DNA from: TPA_inf: Saccharomyces
Taxonomy: Eukaryota
DNA length: 64,000 nucleotides
Direction: 5' to 3'
Assembly: GCA_000146045.2 (NCBI GenBank)
Contig: BK006945.2
Span: 32,001-96,000 of the forward strand
Numbering within the stretch: position 1 is the first letter of the stretch; the number at the start of each line of letters is the position of its first letter. Shown piece after piece: positions 1 to 9,279 of this stretch. The notes below the pieces were generated by a model that saw nothing but the letters and a program-made list of their open reading frames with translations, was not told the DNA's origin and made no database searches. Made by a program: the position numbers and the translations under genes.

Positions 1-147
1 TATTTGTTCTCTGTACTTTATAATCTAACATTTTATAAGACAGAGACTAGTAACCCCTCTAGCCTGTGGTTAAAATACGCAAAACCTTTGAACCCTCAAT
101 ATTTTTGCCATAATAATGACAACTATATTGTACCCATTTGTTCTTGA
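1..147 (+). CDS. Possible 3' end of an upstream + strand gene: frame 1 is open from the window edge to TGA at 145-147. S288C gene order would place YCT1/YLL055W, a Dal5-family transporter, here.
   Basis: Only + frame 1 is stop-free from nt 1 (48 codons, ...LWLKYAKPLNPQYFCHNNDNYIVPICS*); frames 2 and 3 hit stops by nt 28. It overlaps a minus-strand ORF (59..316) whose start is GTG, not ATG. I cannot verify the protein identity without the upstream sequence. Confidence 0.25.
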   Translation, partial: YLFSVLYNLTFYKTETSNPSSLWLKYAKPLNPQYFCHNNDNYIVPICS

Positions 148-672
148 GTTGTCCGTATGGATGGAAAGCAGCACTCGAGTTTGCTGAAATTACATACCTC
201 GGTATGCAATATGCCCAGAAAATTTGTAAATGATAATTTACATAACAATTCAAAACATATTGATGTTTTTCGTGGGTAACCATAGTTCTTGGAATGTCAA
301 CTGAGGGTATTTGCACTTCAAAAAAAAAAATTTATTAAATGAGACTATATACAGTGAGCACAACCTGTCTAATACAACGGCAAAAATTATATACATTGGT
401 AGATTTTCAAAATTGAACTCTTTGTGCTAAAGAATTGTCACAACAGTTTAAAAAATAGTTTGAATTCTTCAAATTGACCCCATATTAATAAGACCTGATG
501 CGATTCCGGTCTCACCCAGATTAGAGAGGGAATTTAATTTTCTTAGGACCGTAGCTACCAAAAATCTTTGTGTGGTATTGATTATATGATCGTGCTTGCG
601 AAAAAAATAGAAGACTAAAAGTAGCATTAGTTTACTAACTTTCTCCTCGTATCTTTCAAATTTGTATTCCCC

Positions 673-3204
673 TCAAAAGTTACTCAGGTTAGGGAAAATT
701 CCAAGTAGCTTATCAAGATCAATTGCCATTAGTTGATTCAAGGCTTCATTGTCATAATTCATGAGGTCAATTTCACTCTGTAAAGATTCGTCAACATCTT
801 CAGTGAAGTTTCTGGAAAATTCTTGTGCGGAAATGAGTTTTTCTAATTCTTCCAAAATCTCCAAATCAAGACTTCCCAAGAATTGTGGATTGTTTAATTT
901 TGATGTGAACGAAAAGGACTTATCCCTTCCCATACCCCATTTTAAACCGACAATCCTATGGATTCTTGAATATCTTTCATCCATAACGGCGTCACTCTTC
1001 CAGTAGTCGGATATAAACGCAGACAGCGCGTCAGTATCCACCAAATAAATGATATACCTGAAAATAGAGACAGAAATGAACGAACCGAGATAACTCTTTT
1101 CCAGTTTCGAGATAACAATTTCTACAAGTAATTTCATATGATATGACATCAACTTGATCATTTTTTCAATGACTCGACTAAGTCTTCCGTTTCTATCATT
1201 CAACATTCCCATGGCTGCAGAGGATCTGTCGCATGTATCCTTCTTATAAAATAATCTCACGAGCAAGGTGGCCTGGAATATGAGTAATCGATGTATCGAA
1301 AAGCGAACAACTTTCTGAGTGGCAAACCCAAAAGGTTCCCGTAAATGCAGAAGAGATCCATTAAAGTATTCCGAGATTAATTTTAGCAACGTTAAATAAT
1401 CTTGTATAGCGGTAAAAGTAAAGCGGTGATAATATGTTTTGTACTCCAAAGCGTTTTTGAAACATTGATTTTCAAAATGCAAAGATAAGCTATCATAGAT
1501 GTTCATTGTACAAGTGTAGCTAATCACATTAGCTATGAATGTTTCATTTTCCTCAAAAGTGCTAAAGTCAAAAGATTCTTCATTTGCTAAGGAAGAGGGA
1601 ACATTGATATGTAAGCTCTTCATCCTTGGTTCTCCAAGAGAACTTAAAATGAGAGGGAATTTCTGATTTAAAAAATCTTTTGTCTTGTCGATGTTATCCA
1701 ATACTTCCTTCAAGTAGGAAGGGCCATTTATTGGAAAACAAGAAGTCAGTAATACCTGTAAAGATAAATGTAAATGATAGATATTCTCTGCTGTAGCCAT
1801 CAACGATAAGTCTAGATTATTAGTAGAAGCGTAATTTCTCTCAAATAGTTCTGGTAGAGATTCGTCAGTTTTCATAAAGGATCTTAAATATTCCAAACTT
1901 AGAATGTCAGAATCTCCTTCTGGAATCAATATTCCAAACTTCAAAAATTGCACGCCAAGCCATAATTTCCTTCTTAAATTGAATAATCTTGGATAATCGT
2001 CCGATTCGCTGACGTATCGAGTGTATTGGAAGGGTTCTTCATTCAGTCCTAGCTTTATTGCTACATTCTCCAAAAATTTTAGGTTTAGTATGTCACTGTG
2101 AGTAGGATACATGTCAGCTTGATCTGGATTCAAATACCGCAATATGAAAAAATAGAGCAGACAACAAAGTGTATGTTCATTAACATATTGAAAAACGTTC
2201 ATGAGAGCAAGAAGTTTATGAGCGAGTAGCGTTAAATTATTCGATTTTACACCAAAAGATTCTTTAAATGAATGACTAGTACTTAGACTCAAACGTCTGT
2301 AAGAAAAAGCCAATATGATAGTTAGCAGTGTTATTGTCTCCAGTTTTCTTCTAGAGTCTTTGCCCGCAAATACAATGTTATACCCATTAAATTCATTCAA
2401 TTGCAACAGCTCCCTTATGTTATCTTCGAATAATGATATTTCCAGTAACGGATAGACCGGATATATTGTTTTGTAAAAGTCCACGATTAAGCCATCAACC
2501 TCATTCTTATTGAGGAAATATTTGGATAACTCTTCCAAAAGGATGTTTATGGAAATTTTATCATTATTTTCTTCAGGATGCGCTTGTTCATAATCATACG
2601 TGTTATACAGAAAATCTATTGGAGGATACAATTTGCTTGTTTTTGAGGTATTTTCAATAAATTTAAGTGCAGCTTTATCAATAAAAAACAAAGGTCCAAT
2701 ATCACCGATTGTTAAGTTAAGTTCTCTTTTTTTATTGTTGGCAGAAACGTTTTCACGATGGCGTTCGACATCAATCAGTATCCTCTCATGTATGCAGGTG
2801 GTCAAGGCCTTCGCATACAAATCATGTTGAAGAATGCTATGGAAGGCAAAAGGACTATCAACGATGGTTGTGTTATTCATTACAACAAGCTTGTCGTGTG
2901 CATTCGATAAATTCATGGCAAAATTTTTCATTTCCCAGTCTTTAGTACTTGGATTAAGTATGGAAGTAAAGGAACCACTTGCGGACATCGATGCAGGAGT
3001 AATGTTTCTAATGTCTCTATGTGGGGCATTTTCGATAGTGGGAGATTTGTTAATCCGTCCTGGTTCCACTTCGTAGCTACAAATCGAGGATGAGGCCTTG
3101 CATTTGGAGCAAGTAGGCCAAAGTTTATCACATTTGATTTTCCTTTGCTTACACCGCAAGCAAACAAACGATGGCTTAACCTTTTTCTGAGATGCAATGC
3201 TCAT
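673..3204 (-). CDS. YLL054C: Zn(II)2Cys6 binuclear-cluster transcription factor of unknown function (YLL054C), 843 aa
   Basis: ATG start confirmed (plus 3202-3204 = cat). N-terminal CLRCKQRKIKCDKLWPTCSKCK...C is the canonical Gal4-type CX2CX6CX5-9CX2CX6-8C zinc cluster, and there is a long fungal-TF middle homology region. Position next to the AQY2/FRE6/COF1 synteny block fits. Confidence 0.9.
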   Translation of the reverse strand: MSIASQKKVKPSFVCLRCKQRKIKCDKLWPTCSKCKASSSICSYEVEPGRINKSPTIENAPHRDIRNITPASMSASGSFTSILNPSTKDWEMKNFAMNLSNAHDKLVVMNNTTIVDSPFAFHSILQHDLYAKALTTCIHERILIDVERHRENVSANNKKRELNLTIGDIGPLFFIDKAALKFIENTSKTSKLYPPIDFLYNTYDYEQAHPEENNDKISINILLEELSKYFLNKNEVDGLIVDFYKTIYPVYPLLEISLFEDNIRELLQLNEFNGYNIVFAGKDSRRKLETITLLTIILAFSYRRLSLSTSHSFKESFGVKSNNLTLLAHKLLALMNVFQYVNEHTLCCLLYFFILRYLNPDQADMYPTHSDILNLKFLENVAIKLGLNEEPFQYTRYVSESDDYPRLFNLRRKLWLGVQFLKFGILIPEGDSDILSLEYLRSFMKTDESLPELFERNYASTNNLDLSLMATAENIYHLHLSLQVLLTSCFPINGPSYLKEVLDNIDKTKDFLNQKFPLILSSLGEPRMKSLHINVPSSLANEESFDFSTFEENETFIANVISYTCTMNIYDSLSLHFENQCFKNALEYKTYYHRFTFTAIQDYLTLLKLISEYFNGSLLHLREPFGFATQKVVRFSIHRLLIFQATLLVRLFYKKDTCDRSSAAMGMLNDRNGRLSRVIEKMIKLMSYHMKLLVEIVISKLEKSYLGSFISVSIFRYIIYLVDTDALSAFISDYWKSDAVMDERYSRIHRIVGLKWGMGRDKSFSFTSKLNNPQFLGSLDLEILEELEKLISAQEFSRNFTEDVDESLQSEIDLMNYDNEALNQLMAIDLDKLLGIFPNLSNF

Positions 3205-3425
3205 ATCCAGTGCAGTACACTTATCTTGTCATAGATTTCTGATGGGTAAATAATTACTTCACATCATCTTTGTTTCCAAAGTTTGGCCTCAATGTTGCCT
3301 TTAGGAGGAAAAAATGTGAAGAATGCATACTTCTGCCGCTTACGTAAAAACAGAACTCTGACCAGAAGAGATAAAAACAAAAAAAAAATAAAGGACAGTA
3401 AATATGAAAAATAAGATATTATTAT

Positions 3426-3450
3426 ATTAAATTAAATTAAATTAAATTAA
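3426..3450. repeat. (ATTAA)5 pentanucleotide microsatellite in the YLL054C 5' / AQY2 3' intergenic region
   Basis: Direct read: attaaattaaattaaattaaattaa. Confidence 0.9.
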
Positions 3451-3502
3451 ACTACGATGGGAGCGTTATGCCAAAAAAGATAAAATTCTGAGCAGACTAC
3501 TC

Positions 3503-3961
3503 TCAGTCTTCCTTCTTTTGACCTGCCGCCTTTTCGGCATTAACGTATGTAGTGTAATCAAGGATTTGTAATAATTGCCACACTGACCAGGCTAAGAAGG
3601 CACCCAAAAGTGGGCTAATCCAGTAGATCCAGTGGTAATGAGGGAAATATCTGGCAGCAACGGCGGCACCCAGAGATCTTGCAGGGTTGACACCGGTACC
3701 AGTGTAACCGGTCAAAGCCATGTGAGCCATGAATAAAGAAATACCAATTGGAAGCGCAGCCATAAAGTTAGTTTCACGTTTTTCAACAGCAGTCATCAAA
3801 ACTGTTAAACACAACACAGCAGTACCAAACATTTCCAAAAACAACCCCCTAGATCTGGAACAGCCTAAACCCAAAGCATTAGTAAAGAGAACCTTGCCTG
3901 GAGTCATAGCACTAGCGGCACCACCAGCAGCCATCCCAGCAATGATCTGAGGAAACCACAT
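3503..3961 (-). CDS. YLL053C: AQY2 C-terminal fragment (YLL053C, 152 aa from the first in-frame ATG): aquaporin with two NPA motifs
   Basis: The track ORF 3503..4027 starts on TTG (plus 4025-4027 = caa). The first ATG is at 3959-3961 ([14 protein letters not shown]…), which gives 152 aa. The NPA-containing upstream part (…NPAVSLSL…) is in this frame but lacks an ATG. Confidence 0.7.
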
Positions 3962-4361
3962 CACTACACATCTGGCTGGTGAGATGGCTCTGGCCAAACA
4001 CAAAGAGAGAGAAACGGCTGGGTTCAAAGCCCCACCAGAAACACCAGATAGAAAACATCACAGAGAAACCGAAACCAAGGGCAATCATGATCAATTGACC
4101 TGGATGAGAGCCCTCAGGCTCGGTTGTCAAAGCCACATCATGGTTAGCGACATTACAAATGACGTAAGCACACCATAAAAACATGAAGGTACCGCAAAAC
4201 TCACCCACAGCAGCGATAAAGTGGTTTCTTAAGGTATCTCTGTCAATATTAAAACGCGAATGCTTCGTTTCCGGCTGTTCAGGTGGAATATAAGCATTGT
4301 CAACACCGGTCGGGTCCAAGTGCGAAATGTTTTTTTCAAGGTCGTTAGATTCGTTAGACAT
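3912..4361 (-). CDS. AQY2: AQY2 N-terminal fragment (YLL052C, 149 aa): aquaporin TM1-TM2 followed by an out-of-frame tail
   Basis: [11 protein letters not shown]…[19 protein letters not shown]… matches the N-terminus of fungal water channels. The last ~40 aa ([16 protein letters not shown]…) are frameshifted nonsense. Confidence 0.8.
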
Positions 4362-5332
4362 AGTATAACTAAGGTAGGCTAGTGTCGCTTTTGAATATTT
4401 TCAGGAATTGTAATAGCCAGGAACAAGAAAAAAGACATGCGCACACTAATAAGCTACTAAAACCAACATATTTATACTATCAACCGAGAGAGGGGCAGAT
4501 ATGATTCACGATAAAAAGTTAATAAAAGGATAACAGCGGCGCTCTAATTCGTTAATGAAAGCCATAGTCCGGTATGGACAAAAACTATTTCCTTCTTTTT
4601 TTTTTTTAGGTTTTTTTTTAATTTGCACTTGCAATAATCTAATTCACTGTAGGAGTTTAAAGAAAAACATCTAGAAGGATTGGAGGAGGTAAGTCATTAT
4701 TATGGCGGTGCTCTTTTAGCGGGAAAAAAAAAAATACACCTACGACGTTAAAACAGATCGTGCTGTCGTCTCAGCGGCAGTAAAAGTACTGTAGTAGTTA
4801 CGGTGCACGCAGATGCAATGCTAATTAAATAATCATGCTCCCATTTTTAAGAAGCAGAAAAAGGCCGCAGTAATTTGAGCCGTGAAAAGATTTCGGAGGG
4901 TTGATTCTTAACATTTTCCAAAAAAATGTCCTTTGGTCTGTTTGCTTGGGTCTGAAAAGAAGGACTGCAGCGCCACCTCCACTGGTTAAGGACAAAATCC
5001 ATACTTATTCCATCTTTCTCGGGACATATTTTCCTGAGACAAAAGACCGTAGAACTTCAAAGACTCGTTCCCAGAAAGGGATTTAGAGTTAATTTTTGCT
5101 CGGCATCAAGCCGGAAAAATTCAGGCGCCGCTTAGTAATTAATTGCAAGTAAAGAAGTACCGGATTTATTAGACATCGTCTTAGCAAGCAAATTCCTGAA
5201 AGCTAAAACGCAAATAATTAACTAAAAATAGTTGCTAAAGAGCACCTTTTATGCGGTACATAAAAGTTTTTAGTGCCGTAGATATATGTAGATATAGGTG
5301 GGCGTAGGATCAGAAGGAGCCGGAGAGAAGAT

Positions 5333-7471
5333 TTACCAACACTGATATTCCTCGAAATACTCTATAATTCTCTCTGGGTAACCGAGGAGTTTTTGAGAAA
5401 CGGTGTTTCTAACATCGTCCACCAGAACAGGAGGGCCGCAGCACACGACCGCTAATGAATCTCCAGGCGGCGTACTTTTTATTGCGTTTTCAATTACATT
5501 GCTAAAATTAGGTCTTGCATTGCCGATGTGGGCGAAGCTTGTCAGTTCGGTCATTATATCATCAAAATGTATTAATTGGTCTCGTGCGTTTGCTGCCTTT
5601 GTAACAGCTGTTTTCTGTGTAAGGTAAACCTGCACGTTGACGTGGGATCGGCTATTTTTTAGCTCTAGTATCTCGGATTTATAGCCGTTAAGAAAAGAAG
5701 GATTTTTGATCGCCATGATCAAATCTATACTCTTGGGTTTATCAGGGTTTCGTGACAGCTTAATGGCATGATCTAATGGACCAGGCAAGCCTGTTCCTCC
5801 ACTTAGTAACAGCAAATGGTCGAATTTATCGAGGTGAAGATTACTGGGCCCATAAGGTCCCTCAATGGCCACTCGGAGTTGTAATTTACCATTTAAAGAT
5901 TGCAAAATATGGTTATAAATGAATCTAGTGAGACCACTTTTAGGTTTGATCACTAAAACACACTTCTCACCTTCGTCGATAATGGTAAATGGATGGCATT
6001 GCCAAAATACCAATGGATGTAAAAAATAAATGAAACAATATTGACCCGGTTTCGAATGCCATCTCCGGTTATATTTGGGTATGATTACTTTAAACATTTC
6101 ATCGTGCGGGTTGTTGCTGGTGTTCAAATTGATTAGTGTTGCTTTCGGAAATCTAAACTGCAAAATGTTCCATATTCTGAAAAGCTTTTCCAGCCCCCAA
6201 ATGAGCAAGGATACCACTATCCATTCTTTCCAACCGTTGAAAATTTTGACGTGTTGCCAACAACAGTAAAAGAACAAAAGGGCTAGTATGATGTGGGTGT
6301 ACAGGAAAAATTCGTAATGTCTTTTCCTTACTATTCCGAGCGATAGAACTAGTAGAACGCAAAGCACTGTTATGGATGCAATACCAAACTTCCAATAGAG
6401 CTGTTTGTTGCTTATTTTGAAGGCATGGTTGATAATTGCGAATAATGAATAAGAAAGCGAATGTATCGTTGCGTTTAAGACCATGATTCTACCGATCCAT
6501 TTATGGAAACTAATAAAGGAATTGAACTTGACTCCTGTTAAAAATTCGAGAAAACTATTCCTTGCCGTAAAAATGATAATGAGAGGGAACTGAGTAAACG
6601 CCAGTATCCCAGATCTATCAGCCAACAGTCTTGTAAACTGCGACAGGTGACTGTTGAAAATGAGGTTATATGGGTCTATGATGTAACTTATGGACAAAAA
6701 TATGATGTTCGCCAATGTGTATCCAAAAATGATCCATGCCTCCAAGGAATTCGGCATCAGTCCCGTAAAGACTTCCACGTTTAGAAACTTGAAGTGATTA
6801 GCGTGCTTATCTACTAAAAACGTAGGCAACACAAAATGGCCCCGAATATAATTGACGAACCGGCTTGCAAATAGCGCTCGATTCAGGCCGTTATAGTGAC
6901 TCATATGGAAGAAGACGGCGATAATACCCACTATGACGAAGTAGTAAGTTAAATATGCACCATAAACACTGCTGATATCTAAATTATAGGCATGCGCATG
7001 AAAAGCTCGTATCCATCTAGATCTTGTCTCACGATCGACTCGAATGGATGTCGATAAACTTTCAATAGAACCATAGTCTTCCAAAGCGTGAGAAGAAGCA
7101 TTATTTAAAGATGAGTAGTATTGCTCCAGTGAAATATTGCTAAACTTTTTATCGACAAACGAGCACGTTTTTCGTACGTTACCCAAGCTTTCTTCGAAAC
7201 TTGTGTTGTCCATGGGAATAATCTGGTCTGTAAGCGAATTGAAGATACAAAGTGACCAAGTATCAAACGCTGGTGAATAAGAGCATATGGTAGAATAGAA
7301 ACCCGGTACGACGGAGCTATCAAATGACCACTTCAGAGTATTTATATAGGATGCGCATGCCAGCACAGCGTTGGATTCCAAATGGTCTTTTTTTTCAGTG
7401 TGTGGTAATTTTATATTAAAAGCCTTTGTTAAAGATATCAGCCACGTTAAAAACAGAAGCGTTCTATGCAT
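5333..7471 (-). CDS. FRE6: Ferric/cupric reductase of the FRE family (FRE6, vacuolar), 712 aa
   Basis: The track start at 7501 is GTG (plus 7499-7501 = cac). The first ATG is at 7469-7471 (MHRTLLFLTW…), giving 712 aa. Motifs present: HPFTI (FAD-binding), IEGPYGPS (NADPH-binding GPYG), and a multi-TM ferric-reductase domain with bis-heme histidines. Confidence 0.9.
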   Translation of the reverse strand: MHRTLLFLTWLISLTKAFNIKLPHTEKKDHLESNAVLACASYINTLKWSFDSSVVPGFYSTICSYSPAFDTWSLCIFNSLTDQIIPMDNTSFEESLGNVRKTCSFVDKKFSNISLEQYYSSLNNASSHALEDYGSIESLSTSIRVDRETRSRWIRAFHAHAYNLDISSVYGAYLTYYFVIVGIIAVFFHMSHYNGLNRALFASRFVNYIRGHFVLPTFLVDKHANHFKFLNVEVFTGLMPNSLEAWIIFGYTLANIIFLSISYIIDPYNLIFNSHLSQFTRLLADRSGILAFTQFPLIIIFTARNSFLEFLTGVKFNSFISFHKWIGRIMVLNATIHSLSYSLFAIINHAFKISNKQLYWKFGIASITVLCVLLVLSLGIVRKRHYEFFLYTHIILALLFFYCCWQHVKIFNGWKEWIVVSLLIWGLEKLFRIWNILQFRFPKATLINLNTSNNPHDEMFKVIIPKYNRRWHSKPGQYCFIYFLHPLVFWQCHPFTIIDEGEKCVLVIKPKSGLTRFIYNHILQSLNGKLQLRVAIEGPYGPSNLHLDKFDHLLLLSGGTGLPGPLDHAIKLSRNPDKPKSIDLIMAIKNPSFLNGYKSEILELKNSRSHVNVQVYLTQKTAVTKAANARDQLIHFDDIMTELTSFAHIGNARPNFSNVIENAIKSTPPGDSLAVVCCGPPVLVDDVRNTVSQKLLGYPERIIEYFEEYQCW

Positions 7472-7605
7472 ATTCAACGAGCTATGGTCGTCATGCTTCA
7501 CTTTAGAAGATTATAGAAAAATCATTGCTGCCTGGTTCGATGACCTTGTATCTTTTCTTGATCTACATGGCCAGTATTTCCGTTCTGAATTTAGAATTAC
7601 AAATA

Positions 7606-7613
7606 TGGGTGCA
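7606..7613. promoter_or_regulatory. Aft1/Aft2 iron-responsive element (reverse complement TGCACCCA) about 140 bp upstream of the FRE6 ATG
   Basis: The plus strand reads tgggtgca, so the gene strand reads TTTGCACCCAT. This matches the PyPuCACCCPu Aft consensus, and FRE-family genes are Aft targets. Confidence 0.5.
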
Positions 7614-7803
7614 AAAACAATGCCCACTAGCCGGGGTGTACGGGACCTTAAATCTAAGTATTGTGTTTTAGATAGAGTTGCGAAGAGAAAATTATAATTA
7701 TAATAATTCTATACATGTATTCTGTATATATATGACGATTTTATATATAGATATACATTTTCATTTTTCTTGAAGATTGTTGTCATTTGTGAAATCATTT
7801 ACC

Positions 7804-8221
7804 TTAATGAGAACCAGCGCCTCTGCTGACTCTTTCCAAAACAGAATCGTAAGAAACTTCGGAAAAATCAGTACCTTGAACATCGGTAGAGACACCGTTT
7901 AAGGCTCTTCTTAAGGCATCCTTGGAGGATGCATAGACCATCTTAGATCTGACTGGAGCAGTGTCTGGAGACCAAGTGAAGAAAACAATCTTGGATCTCT
8001 TACCTTCATTACCATTAATTTCGTATTCAAAATCGTAAATGGCGTAAAGACAGTCGTTTTCTGGCAATTTCTCTAAGAAGGCATCGTAAGATGGGTCAGT
8101 AGAGGTTTCCTTGACAACGATTTCGGTTTTAGCATCGTTCAATCCGAATAAAATAAATTTGTATTTTTTACCCAATTTCAAGTCATTGAAAGCGGTAAGG
8201 GATTCATCAGCAACAGCAACA
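7804..8221 (-). CDS. COF1: Cofilin COF1 exon 2 (codons 5-143)
   Basis: Encodes [38 protein letters not shown]…VSRGAGSH, which is yeast cofilin. The 3' splice site TGTGTAG| lies immediately upstream. Together with exon 1 it gives 143 aa. Confidence 0.9.
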
Positions 8222-8400
8222 CTACACAGAAACTTCACATTTTCCTGGCTTCTTATGAATTTTTTCCCCCACATTCCTTTTAAAGTTCCATGTTAAAAAG
8301 GGAGGAAAGAAAGGACATAAGAGAGCGAGATAAAACAGCATCATGTCAATTAGTTAGTAATTGATAGTTTACACAGGAGTACAAATGAAATTTAGCATAC
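8222..8400 (-). other. COF1: COF1 spliceosomal intron, about 179 nt
   Basis: On the minus strand the 5' end reads GTATGCTAAATTTC… The only TACTAAC branch box (plus ~8352-8360, agttagtaa) is about 45 nt from the 5'SS and about 125 nt from the 3'SS AG used. Confidence 0.8.
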
Positions 8401-8414
8401 CCAGATCTAGACAT
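8401..8414 (-). CDS. COF1: COF1 exon 1 (ATGTCTAGATCTGG, coding Met-Ser-Arg-Ser-G)
   Basis: Plus 8401-8414 reads ccagatctagacat. Joining it to exon 2 restores the reading frame for MSRSGVAVADE…. Confidence 0.8.
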
Positions 8415-8665
8415 CTTCTTTTGTTAGTTTTTTGTTTATGTATGTTTTGAAATCTGAAGTTTACGTAGTTGCTAACCAGTCTTTTCTTGTTTCCTCTTTT
8501 TCTTCCAATTTTGTCATCAAACAGGGGCGGCGTCACCCGAATATTGTTCTTATTACCCGGATATTAGGTAATTTAGAGGTACTGCATATAGTATAAGTGA
8601 TTGATGAACTTATAGAATGTTCTCTCGAGCTTCCAAGGCCATTAGCCTCTACCAAAGGAAGTTTG

Positions 8666-9205
8666 ATGCCTGGTCTTAAGCTTGTTGAAGCTTTAGAATA
8701 CAGGTGTGACCGATTGGAGCGGCTTATAGGCGCCGGATACAGCGCGAATTCCGATGTTTCAGTGCAATTAGATGAACTATACAATCAGTTACATCGTCTA
8801 TATTTCCAGGGTCTAAAGTATTCTCAAGATCTCCTGCAACTCTTTAATACTTTCATGGCTGAAGACATCGAGAACGTGGGAGCTCCTGATGATATTTGTA
8901 TTTTTGCTAGTTGCTTTGACGATATTTATACATTATATAGTGCATTTGACGAACTAAACAGCCAATATATGGAGTTTTGCCAAATCAGTAAAAGTTCATT
9001 GGATCAGATTTCCTTCAAAGACGCAAATATTGAAACGAAACAGTTGAAGAAGTTACCCGAGTTGGTGGATAACTGCAACATAATGATTTTGAGGTCAATT
9101 GCAATTCTAAACCGTTTCATCGACTGGAATATTGAAGTTAACGGATTCTTCCAGTTCCAGAAAAAGAGGCTGTTGAATTTACAAAAGGTAATTTATAGTA
9201 CGTGA
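8666..9205 (+). CDS. LDB18: Dynactin p24-like subunit LDB18, 179 aa
   Basis: The track ORF starts on GTG (8597-8599). The first in-frame ATG is at 8666 (MPGLKLVEALEYRCDRLERLIG…). The product is a small coiled-coil protein and the synteny fits YLL049W. Confidence 0.75.
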   Translation: MPGLKLVEALEYRCDRLERLIGAGYSANSDVSVQLDELYNQLHRLYFQGLKYSQDLLQLFNTFMAEDIENVGAPDDICIFASCFDDIYTLYSAFDELNSQYMEFCQISKSSLDQISFKDANIETKQLKKLPELVDNCNIMILRSIAILNRFIDWNIEVNGFFQFQKKRLLNLQKVIYST

Positions 9206-9216
9206 ACATGTGTGCG

Positions 9217-9224
<8 letters not shown>

Positions 9225-9262
<38 letters not shown>
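9225..9262. repeat. (AT)n dinucleotide microsatellite of about 19 units between the convergent 3' ends of LDB18 and YBT1
   Basis: Direct read: atatatat… across 9221-9262. Confidence 0.9.
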
Positions 9263-9263
<1 letters not shown>

Positions 9264-9279
9264 TTTAGCATCGAAACAG

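Larger units (their letters stand above)
3503..4361 (-). pseudogene. AQY2: Aquaporin AQY2 locus disrupted by a frameshift, split into the YLL052C (N-terminal) and YLL053C (C-terminal) fragments
   Basis: Two overlapping minus-strand ORFs sit in different frames. ORF 3912..4361 encodes the aquaporin N-terminus (…[13 protein letters not shown]) and then reads nonsense ([10 protein letters not shown]…) to a TAG. ORF 3503..4027 in another frame encodes the rest, with both NPA boxes (NPAVSL…, NPARSL…). The frame switch lies around 4028-4045. Confidence 0.85.

Noticed and set aside
59-316. An 85-aa minus-strand ORF at the window edge
   Set aside because: Its start codon is GTG (plus 314-316 = cac). 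The composition is Cys/Trp/His/Tyr-rich and antisense-like. It overlaps an open + strand frame that is more plausibly the tail of the upstream gene.
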